This document shows positions 10,779 through 19,691 of a DNA stretch of 34,290 nt, piece after piece. Under the pieces are notes generated by a model that saw only the letters and a program-made list of their open reading frames with translations, was not told where the DNA came from and ran no database searches. A program made the position numbers and the translations under genes. Positions within the stretch are counted from its first letter, which is position 1. Each line of letters starts with the position of its first letter. Source of the DNA: Chrysochromulina tobinii (lineage: Eukaryota); assembly GCA_001275005.1 (NCBI GenBank), contig JWZX01002488.1, positions 1 through 34,290 on the forward strand, read 5' to 3'.

Positions 10779-11282
10779 ACTCGTGGTGACCTCGTGTGTT
10801 GCAGCTGTAATTTCGTTGCAGAAAATATCGTGCGCGATGCATCTCCCGTTACTCACAGGACACAGCCGAGCCCGACTCACGCGTGCACCGACCACCGTGC
10901 CGTGACGGTTACGCGGCACAGGGGCTCAGCGGGCACACCTCGCGCCTCTCGCGGTTGCGGCCGAGGGCGAGGCGGGCCCGGCACCAGAATGAGCATATGC
11001 GCCAGTGGCGGGTGGGTTAATTATGCCGTGCATGCAATCCAAAATGCTCAAACCTTTGCAAATCAAGCAAATCGGAACGTCGAGACGTCGAGATCACGGC
11101 GAGGCCATCTAGAATCCGGTCCCGCACGCTCTGCCCGCGAGCTCGCTGCGGCGTCCACGTGCCCATGCAGCCTGCGGGACCATTCGAATGCCCCACTCGA
11201 TGTTGGGAGTCGGGCACCTTGAACTCGATGAGGCCGTTTTCCTATCACCTGCAGCATGTGTGTGTGTGCTTGCACACTCAGA

Positions 11283-11392
11283 GGCCGCCGCCCTCGCCGC
11301 CGCCCTCGCCGCCGCCCTCGCCGCCTCCGAGCCCACCGCTGCCAAGCTCAACGCCCTCGTCGCCTCCCTCGCCGCCTTCTAGCCCGCCGCAG
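11283..11392 (+). repeat. CCGCCCTCG-type 9-bp tandem repeat (SPPP-rich coding remnant)
   Basis: Translates as PPPSPPPSPPPSPPPSPP. No convincing full gene around it. Confidence 0.6.
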
Positions 11393-11648
11393 CTACACAT
11401 GCTGATGGCGACGGATAGCATGCTGATTGCATCCGAGTGTCACTGCATTGACTTATACTTGAGTGATATACGTAGTGACGAGTTTTTTGTTATGAAGAGT
11501 TCCCTATAGTGACGAGTTGGTACAGCTGTACCGTGACTGTACCGCAGCTGCCTTTGAGCTATGTGCGCTGCTCGTGCACAGTACCCGACCCCTGGAGGGG
11601 AGCACGGTGCCACCGCGCAGTCTGATACACACACCGCACTGACGATGA

Positions 11649-11740
11649 CGTTGCGCGGCTGTGCGTGTGCCCAACCTCTCATGCCCTTGCCTGCGTTGCG
11701 CGGCTGTGCGTGTGCCCAACCTCTCATGCCCTTGCCTGCG
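11649..11740. repeat. Perfect 45-bp tandem duplication
   Basis: cgttgcgcggctgtgcgtgtgcccaacctctcatgcccttgcctg at 11649 and 11694. Confidence 0.9.
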
Positions 11741-11750
11741 CTCGCGTCAG

Positions 11751-12057
11751 CCGCCGCGTGCCGCCCTAAGCCGTGCTCGCGTCTACTTCCGCGTGCTGCC
11801 CGTGCTCGCCTCGTCTGTGCTCTCGCCGCCCTCGCCCGTGCCTCGTCTGTGCTCTTGCCACCCTCGCCCGTGCCGTAGTCGGCTGCCGTCTGCTGAGCTG
11901 CTGAGCCGAGCGCCGCGTCGCTGCCCTTGCCCGCGTGCTCACGTCGACCGCCGCGTCCCGCCCTAACCCGTGCTCGCGCCGACTTCCGCGTGCTGCCGTG
12001 CTCGCCTCGTCTGTGCTCTCGCCGCCCTCGCCCGTGCCGGAATCGGCTGCCGTCTGC
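11751..12057. repeat. Imperfect direct repeats about 200 bp apart with internal cgtgctcgcc/cctcgtctgtgctc subrepeats
   Basis: ccgccgcgtgccgccctaagccgtgctcgcg... (about 11751) versus ccgccgcgtcccgccctaacccgtgctcgcg... (about 11948). Confidence 0.75.
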
Positions 12058-15000
12058 CGTGGGCGCAGCGGTTGCCTTGCTGGCCACCTGCGTGCACAGT
12101 TGGTGAGTATGGAACGGGGGTCTGATGATATCATCAGACGCCTCTCGTGACTTAGCCGTGACAGGCACACCCATGAAGTGAGCAATAATGGAGATGGTAA
12201 GGGCGAGACATAGGGGAGGGGCAAGGTGTGTGCGGCGATACATTCGTTCCAAGGGTATTGGCGAGATAGAGATAGCTCTTCTTGGCGTATGCGAAGGAGC
12301 TCTTCTTGGCGTGCCCGACGGAGCTCTAAATCATTCAAGTCCTTTGCAAGCGTCAGTTGCCCCACCATTTGACGCTGAAGAATTTGAAGCTCATGCTCAT
12401 AGTGCTGAGACGCCATGAGCAGCGAGCAAGAGTCCATACGGGAGAAGCTCCGTTTCCGACCAGTTATTTGCTCACGGAGTGCCTCAAGGTGGAGTTTCAC
12501 GATATGCTCGGCCGGCAGCGGCGGCACTGGCATAGGGTCCGCAGCACCCGCTTGCGGGGGCGCCTGCACCTGCGCCAGCGCCTTTGCCCTTTCTGCCTGC
12601 GCCTGTGCTTGTGTCTGTGCTTGTGCCTGCGCACGCAGCAAATCGAGGATGCTAGCGAGCTGCTCGGCTGGCACCAGCGGCGCTTGCATAGGGTCCGCAG
12701 CCCTCCCTTGCGGGGTCGCCTGCGCCTGCACCCTCTCCGCCTGCGCCCTCTCCGCCTGCGCCTGCGCCTGCGCCCTCTCCGCCTGCGCCTGCACCCTCTC
12801 CGCCTGCGCCTGCGCCTGCGCCTGCGCCCTCTCCGCCTGCGCCTGCGCCTGCGCCTGCGCCCTCTCCGCCTGCGCCTGCGCCTGCGCCCTCTCTGCCTGC
12901 GCCTGTGCTTGTGCTTGTGCCTGTGCTTGTGCCTGCGCCGCCTGCGCACGCAGCAAATTGAGGATGCCTGAGAGCTGTTCTTCTAGAGCCTTATTTTCAG
13001 GCGGAGGCGACACATTCGCTTTCGCTTTCGCCGTCCCCGCTGCCTTTGCCTGCGCCTTTGCCGGCTCCGCTGCTTGCGCCTTTGCCGGCTCCGCTGCCTG
13101 CGCCTTTGCTGGCTCCGCTGCCTGCGCCTTTGCCGGCTTTGCTGCCTGCGCCTTTGCCGGCTTTGCTGCCTCTGCTTGTACTTTGCGCTTTTCCTCACGT
13201 CGACGCCGCTGCTCCTCCGACTTCTTGATCTTCTTCATCGACTTCAACGTCTCCTTCTTGAGCCTGTCGGCCTCCGCCCGCTGCTCTGCCTCCGCCGCAA
13301 TTGTTTCCAGGACGCTTGGCCCCCGCCGGCGGGGGCCTAGCGACGCCGCTGCTCCTCCGACTTCTTGATCTTCTTCATCGACTTCAACGTCTCCTTCTTG
13401 AGCCTGTCGGCCTCCGCCCGCTGCTCTGCCTCCGCCGCAATTGTTTCCAGGACGCTTGGCCCCCGCCGGCGGGGGCCTAGCGGAGGCCGACGCGGTGGTA
13501 GCGGGGATACCAAGGTTGTGTGGCTTCAGGAAGAGCTCAACATCGCTGAATCGATACGAGTCCCCTTCTGAGCTCCTTACCAACGAATTAGCATCCATGG
13601 TTGATATCTGCGACTTGTTCTTGATTACAAGTCGCCGGTCAGCTTCAGGATCTCGGTGCTCGTCGCACCACTTGCGCAGAATCTTGATGATCTCCTCGTC
13701 CTTGGGAAACGTGCTGAAAACCCCCTCTGTCATCGACATCGACAGCAGCGGCGACTTCTCCGCGATGAACGCCATGCGCGGCTTGCCGTCCTGTAGGAAC
13801 GCTATCTGCAAGATGGGCGTGTCCGCGGTCGCATTGCGTACGTTCATAAATGATCTGACTCGCCGATCACTGACTTCGGAGCTGACCTGAATGACCTGCT
13901 TGGACTCGGTGTCGTACTCGAAGCCCTTGAGTACAAAGAGCCCACCGCACACCTTGACGCATGTACCCTGCGACCACAAAAAGGCGAAGGCAAAATCAAA
14001 GTGTGTGGCGGTGGCTGATGGGAGGGGCAGTGCAGGGGTTGGTGAAGAGGGCGCAAAGGATGACGCACCTTGGACCGCTTGGAGGCGTGAGGATCTACCC
14101 TCATCTTGCCGAGGAACTTGTAGTTTTGGTTGTTCGCCGTCCACGCTGGATTTTTTGTCGTCCCGAGCACCAGGAAAATGACGAGGCGGCCATCGGCCTT
14201 CCCGCCATTTCCCCCTAGCTTTGCGACGCCATCGACACTTGGCACCAGGAGGAGCTGGGGGGGCACGTGTGGATCAGCACCCAGACTTGACTGAAGAGCG
14301 ACGGCAGCCTCCCACAACGTCTCCGACATGATGTCTCTCTCAGACTTGAGTGTCTCCGACATGATGGTCTCGATGACACCGTTCACAGTCGCCGCCTGCA
14401 ACTTTTCATCACCCGGCTGCCAGCCCTCGGTCCGGCGCTGCTCCTCCTCCTCGCTGTCGGAGACGTCCGCCATTATGCGCATCGTAGTTGGCTTGCATGC
14501 CTGCTTGGGCGATCGTACTGTATCACTGGTCTTCAGGATCTCGAGCACCGTGAGCCGGCGGAAGAGCTCCATATCCTCCTGGGTGAAGGAGAGCACCGTG
14601 TCACGGGCGATGTAGTCGGCCGTGCGGATCATGAACATCCCACAGTCCCAGCCGTTGCGCTGCTGGGGCGTTTGCCCCTGCTTCCAGACGACCTCCGTCC
14701 ACCCGGACGTGTCGAAGGGCACCTTCTTCTTGTCGAGTGACTCGTCCTCAAGCCAGCGACGTAGGTTCGTCAGCACCATGTCCGGCGGACCGCGCAGCGA
14801 GTCGTAGTACTCGAAGCGTTTCTGCTTCATGTTGATCACCGCGAGCGTCCAATGGCCCGGTTGATGAATGGGCACTATGATGAGGTCCTTGCTGAACACG
14901 TCCTTGCCACGTGTCCATTCGGCCACTTGACTGTACTGGTAGCCGTTGAGCCCCTCGGCGAGCTTGGGGTAGAAGGTCGTCTGGTGGAAGTGGCAGGACG

Positions 15001-16582
15001 GCCCCGTGGCTTTGCTTGCCTCACGCTGCTCGAGAATTTTAAAGTAGTAGTTGATCACCTCGTCGTTGAGCCACTGGCCAGGCCTCAGTGTTGTCATGTC
15101 CAGTCGTGAGATCGGGATGTTCCGGAGTTCGGCAAGAATCTCGTTGGGGTTGCCGGTCCCAAGCGCCTCATCCACAATCTCCGCCTCCGCCGTCGTTAGG
15201 GTCGGCAGCGTGTACGCTCGCTTGCCGGGAGGCTTCACCTCCTCTGAGGAGTCAAGAGTCACCTCCTCCTTCACGGTCGCCGACTTAACAGCCGCCGCCT
15301 CAACGGCCGCCTCAACGGCCGCCGCCTCAACGGCCTCGGCCTTGACGGCCGCCTCCTCGTCTGCTGCAGCCGCCATCTTCGCCGCCGCCTCAACGGCCTC
15401 TGCCTCAACAGCCTCCGCCTCAACGGCCTCCGCCTCTACGGCCTCCGCCTCAACGGCCGCCGCCTCAACGGCCGCCGCCTCAATGGCCGACGCCTCATCG
15501 GCCGCCGCCTCAATGGCCGACGCCTCATCGGCCGCCGCCTCAACGGCCGCCTCCTCGTCTGCTGCAGCCGCCATCTTCGCCGACGCCTCAACGGCCGCCG
15601 CCTCAACAGCCTCCGCTGCGGCCTCAACGGCCGCCGCCTCAATGGCCTCCGCTGCTGCCTTGTCGGCCGCTGCCTCATCGGCCGCCGCCATCTTTTCGTC
15701 CGCTGCATCGTCGGCCACCGCCGCCTTCTTGTCCGCGGCCTGCTCTGCCTTCTCGGCCTCCGCCTTCGCCGTTGCGAGCGCGGCTGCCTTGTAGTCCTGC
15801 AGGGCGTTCTCGAACCAGCCCTTGGTTTTTTGGTTGCGGCGCGCCTTCTCGATCGCCTCGTCGTTCGCCACGATGGCGAAGAAAGCGTTTGCAGTAGACG
15901 TTGATGCTACGCTTTCTGCAAGCTTTGACGCGGCGATGCGGTCGGGCGGCTTCTTGGGGTCGGAGAGAAGGATGGGCTCTCGGATGGAGTCCAACTTCCA
16001 GACCGACATGTAGTCGGAGTTGCAACCGATGTAGACCGCGATGGCAGCCCAGTGGCCAAGGCCATCTCCAAAATGGCCGCACAGGTTGAAATTGTCCTCG
16101 AAGACCATTGGGATGTCTGCTGGCTTCACGAACTTGAAGGAGTCCTTTCCAATGCAAATGTCGCATAGTACCTTCAGAACATCCACATGAAAATTGCCCG
16201 TGTCGTCGCCCAACGGGCCCGACTTCAGGAGGAGCTCGCACGCCTCCTGTCGATTTGGGTGTTCATCGGCCAACTCCTTCAGGAGACTGATGACTGCTTG
16301 CCCATGTTCCATTTCGACGAGACCGGGGCTCTGGGTCGCATTGTTGATCATCTTCAAGCCGCATGTGTTCTCGCCACGTTGTTGAGGATCGAACTTAAGA
16401 ATTCCATGCTCGATGAGGTCTTTGACTTTGGACTGGTCCACGAGGTCGAGGCTGTTCGATGGTTCCATGAATTTGAACGGGACCTTGTCTTTCTCACTCT
16501 TGATACGGCTACGCTTCGTTGCGCGACTCTCTGCGAGGGTGAAGCCATCCTCGGTAACGACGTTCTTGAGCGCGGCGGACAT
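11766..16582 (-). CDS. Large spliced protein (about 1570 aa): Josephin-like deubiquitinase, Ala/Glu linker, Ulp1/SENP (C48) SUMO protease, unknown domain, Gln-Ala repeats, coiled coil
   Basis: Exon 1 16582-14069, phase-0 intron 14068-13968 (AAG|GTGCGT...TCGCAG|GGT), exon 2 from 13967; this joins the 923-aa and 792-aa ORFs in frame. Ulp1 motifs WLNDEVINYY, VPIHQPGHWTL, YYDSL, PQQRNGWDCGMF. Josephin-like Q..TCGLKMINN, DDTGNFHVDVL, GHWAAI, WKLDS. The 3' end is uncertain (possible intron 12241-12088). Confidence 0.8.
12720..13170 (-). repeat. Coding tandem repeats: (Gln-Ala)n/ERAQ array and 24-bp AQAAEPAK array
   Basis: tgcgcc hexamer arrays at about 12720-12945 and about five 24-bp units at about 13040-13170. 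Confidence 0.9.
13201..13480. repeat. Perfect 140-bp tandem duplication within coding exon
   Basis: 13201-13340 is identical to 13341-13480. Each copy ends in the 20-bp palindrome ggcccccgccggcgggggcc followed by tag. Confidence 0.95.
15290..15760 (-). repeat. Coding Ala/Glu-rich minisatellite (AAVEA/AEAVE, 15-bp units) linking the two protease domains
   Basis: Repeated cctcaacggccgccg-type units. Confidence 0.9.
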
Positions 16583-16700
16583 GATTTTGGTACGAGATCG
16601 AAAAGTGACGTCCAAAACTCCAAATCTCGGCGACGAAATTGACGAGACATCGACCTTTTACAACGATGTTTCCCCGGACCGCAAGGCGCACTTAGGCCCG

Positions 16701-16937
16701 CCAAGGCGCGCACGCTGCCGGTACACCTGCCGCACGCGTAGGGCCAACTGGCAGGCTGACTTGCCAGGCAAATGTGCACGTTTCGCTTGTTGCGTACCGC
16801 CCGCCGCAAGATGCGGTGCGTCCCTCCCCCACGGGACTCGGTACACAACAGGCGCAGGGTGCTCATTTGCCCTGCAAGTTGGCCAGGCAGATGGCCCTAC
16901 GCGTGCATAAGGCTTCAAGACAGCGTTCGCGCCTTGG
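16701..16937. repeat. Long imperfect inverted repeat (79-bp arms, 79-bp spacer) upstream of the Josephin-Ulp1 gene
   Basis: 16732-16779 vs reverse complement of 16859-16906: 40/48 identical. 16701-16717 vs 16921-16937: 16/17. The unmatched gaps are 14 bp on each side. Confidence 0.85.
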
Positions 16938-16956
16938 GGTGCCAAGGGACGGCTTA

Positions 16957-16990
16957 TGTGACGAAAATAACATGGTTTATTTTCGTCACA
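16957..16990. promoter_or_regulatory. AT-rich perfect palindrome, 14-bp arms with 6-bp spacer (candidate dimeric protein or recombinase site)
   Basis: tgtgacgaaaataa-catggt-ttattttcgtcaca. The structure is certain and the function is inferred. Confidence 0.4.
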
Positions 16991-17940
16991 GAACTTCTGC
17001 CAAGAGCAGGAGATTTCGCCTCGGAATGCTGAAGGCGCTCGTGCTTTTGACACACCTCGCCGCGGTCGAGAACGCAGTCTCGACTCCGATGGTGTCGATG
17101 GTGTCGAGCGCTCTGCTCGAATTTCACCTTGGAATTCGGCGCTACGCTTTCCTGAAGTCGGGCGCGAGCCGTACGAGGCCATGCGCGCGTTTAAACGCGC
17201 CTTTGTCCGGCTCGGTCTCTTCGTGCAGCGTCACCGACACCGTCAACCTTGACCCGGTGGTGTGAGGCAGATTGCGCCTTGGCCCCCACAGAAGTGGATC
17301 GCTTCGGACGCACAGAAGCCTTTGTAGGCGACTTGTCCGTCGGACGCGCCAGATCTGCATTCGAGCCATAGCTCGTCTTCGCCGCAGCCCTCGCCTCCTT
17401 CGCATGCCTCGCGCGCAACCACCTGACCGAGAGCGGGCGGCGGCGGCGACGGAACCTACTTGTGCTCGACACCGTCGTCATGCGACGGTGTCGAGTGCGT
17501 CTTTGCGTTCCCCACGGGGGCGCGCGCCATCGGGCGCGTCGGTGCACAGGTTCGATGCCGCCGTCGTCTCCACCGTCGCCCCGCCATCTGCATCTCAGCA
17601 CTCGCAGCGGCGCCGGAGGCGGCGACGGCGCGGAGGCGGCGGCAACCAAGGCGGCAGAGGAGACGAAGGCAGCGGCCCGGGCGACCGCAACGACGACCCG
17701 ATCCTCGAGAAGGGCAACCGCCGTGCAACCGCCGCAAGAAGCGGCTCGGCGACTGATGCTTTGCCTATGGTCTATCGCCGATGTGATGGGTCTGAAGCGT
17801 ATGATAGGTCTGTGCAGCGAGTTGATGGCGTCTCGGAGTGTTAAAAATCAATTCACTCAATTTGACACACGACCCGATCACGGGAAAAGGCGTGCGCGCA
17901 GCGGAGGGGACGCAGCCCACCCAGACACAGACCGTCCGCA

Positions 17941-18268
17941 TCATGAGGCACAGTGGCAGCAGCTGCGAGGTAGGTACGTTCCCTGCGAGGGCGGACCTTC
18001 TGTGCCCGTCACGTCCTCGACGCAGCACGGGCACATGAGCGGCGCGATGCCCTCGAAGCCCTTCACGCGCGGACCTGGGTCGACGTGGCTGAGGAGCGAG
18101 TTCAGCACCGCAGTGCGGCGAACGGCAGCGTCGCACGCCTTTGACCTTCCACAAGCACCGCATGCATACGCCATCCTGGTTGATGCACGTGTCCAAACCG
18201 CAGGCTGCGTGGCCTCGCGCCTGCACGCGGTCGCCGACCTTGAGGTCCTTGGGAAGGCACAGCTTCAT
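17941..18268 (-). pseudogene. Frameshifted Cys-rich coding remnant
   Basis: GC3-rich codons read MKLCLPKDLKVGDRVQARGHAACGLDTC...CMRC...CRSPHC, then switch frame near 18110 to AVLNSLLSHVDPGPRVKGFEGIAPLMCPCC...SCCHC. Confidence 0.35.
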
Positions 18269-19103
18269 CGGCGCTCACAATGAAACACACAGGCAAGGGT
18301 GGGCGTTTAGGATCATCCTGCAAATTCGCGAGCTCGAAGGAATGCACTGGCGATGGGGCAAGGGACGTGCCTCACAGGGCATGGTGCCTCGGTCGGCTCA
18401 GTTTCGCGCCAGGCGCGACGGCTGACGTGAAAAATGGGGCGACAAGCAGCGCAAAAGGCCGACACGCGAGAGCATGGAAAAAAAGTGGCTTGGCGACAAA
18501 ACAGCACCAGAATCCGACAGTGTGAATGTATAAACCGCGAAGGCCAACGAAGGCGGAACACCGGAAGGCCGCGAAGCGCGAACGACGCCACACCCCCGGG
18601 CCGGACCGCGGACGGCGACGGGCCCCCGTGGCCCGTGTGAGGTGTGCTATGGCGCGTAGCCGGACGGCGCGAGCCGACGCGCCCGTGGGGCGCGCGAGGA
18701 CGAATGGACATCGCGAGGACGAATGATACCGTCGAGACGATCCGATTCCGAACCGCCGCGAGCGCGACCGCGCACCCCGGCCGCGGGCCGCGGCATGTCC
18801 CTTTGTCCCGATCGGTGAGGGCTGGGAAGAGTCGGATCGACGTCCACCTCCACGCTCCAGACACCCCTCGCAACGAAGGTTTTGAATCATGTGACGCGAC
18901 GCTCGCGACCGCCCGGCGGCCGCGCGTTCAGCATTAAAAACCGTATACGGCTCCCGCACATGCCCCCCCGCCACAGAGCCAGGCCGACCGGGGACAGGAG
19001 CAGCAACGCGGGAGACCCCTCTCCACCCGAGGTACACCCGACTGAACCGACTGTGAATTCGAGAGCTGGCTGAGCACCTTGTTGGCAGATATCGGTACGC
19101 TAG

Positions 19104-19532
19104 GTGAGGCTGAAGGGGCCCGACGCTGCTTCATTGGAGGCCTCGCTGCTTGCCGTCGTGGAGGCGGCTAGGCGCTTCAGTGGCACCAGCGCATACGAGG
19201 GTACAGCCGCGCGCACCGAAGCCGCGGTCGACGCGCTGATGCCGCATCTTCCATCGCCGCTGCAGCCGGCCAGCGGGGCCGAGTGCAGCGTGTGCCTACA
19301 GCCGCTCGTCAGTACGGACGCGCGAGAGCGGACGGAAGGTTTGGCGTTGGTGGTGCTCCCGTGCCAGCACATCTTTCATCGCTCTTGCATACGCACGTGG
19401 TGGGTGCAGTCCGCGCCCTCGCCGCAGTGCGCGCTCTGCAAGCAGGAGGTGTCGCGTACGGCCCTCGAGAAGGGCGATCGCGTGGATCACAACCTGCTGA
19501 ACTCTCGGTCTCGAGTCGACGGTTCGTACTAG
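19104..19532 (+). CDS. RING-H2 (C3H2C3) finger protein; terminal exon or 5'-truncated gene
   Basis: CSVC...LPCQHIFHRSCIRTWW...CALCKQ. An in-frame TAG lies just upstream (possibly a splice acceptor), so the 5' structure is unresolved. Confidence 0.7.
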   Translation: MRLKGPDAASLEASLLAVVEAARRFSGTSAYEGTAARTEAAVDALMPHLPSPLQPASGAECSVCLQPLVSTDARERTEGLALVVLPCQHIFHRSCIRTWWVQSAPSPQCALCKQEVSRTALEKGDRVDHNLLNSRSRVDGSY

Positions 19533-19691
19533 GCAAGCTATTAGGTCGGGCCCCGCTCAGCAATCGCATATTCGACTCCCAATGCGACAAACTTTGGTGT
19601 GTCGTGTAACACGAAAACACGCGAGAGTCTATCGCCCATGCACCTCGCGCGGCGTCGATCCCGCCAATGGGTAGGTACACTTGTCGCGGAC

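Larger units (their letters stand above)
10650..18522. mobile_element. Candidate non-autonomous large DNA transposon (CACTA/CMC-like ends) carrying the Josephin-Ulp1 gene
   Basis: TGA|CACTGT...ACAGTG|TGA: 6-bp terminal inverted match with a 3-bp direct flank, short repeats near both ends, and a Ulp1 cargo gene. The TIR match is very short and no transposase was found. Confidence 0.25.

Noticed and set aside
13315..13340. GC palindrome followed by CTAG, like a Helitron 3' end
   Set aside because: CTAG overlaps the hairpin instead of lying about 10 nt downstream, it is not followed by T, it is inside a coding exon, and there is no Rep/helicase.
17026..17850. Possible plus-strand gene divergent from the protease (MLKALVLLTHLAAV..., AEAAATKAAEETK...)
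   Set aside because: Short fragments in different frames with no domain and no supportable splice model. At most a decayed remnant.
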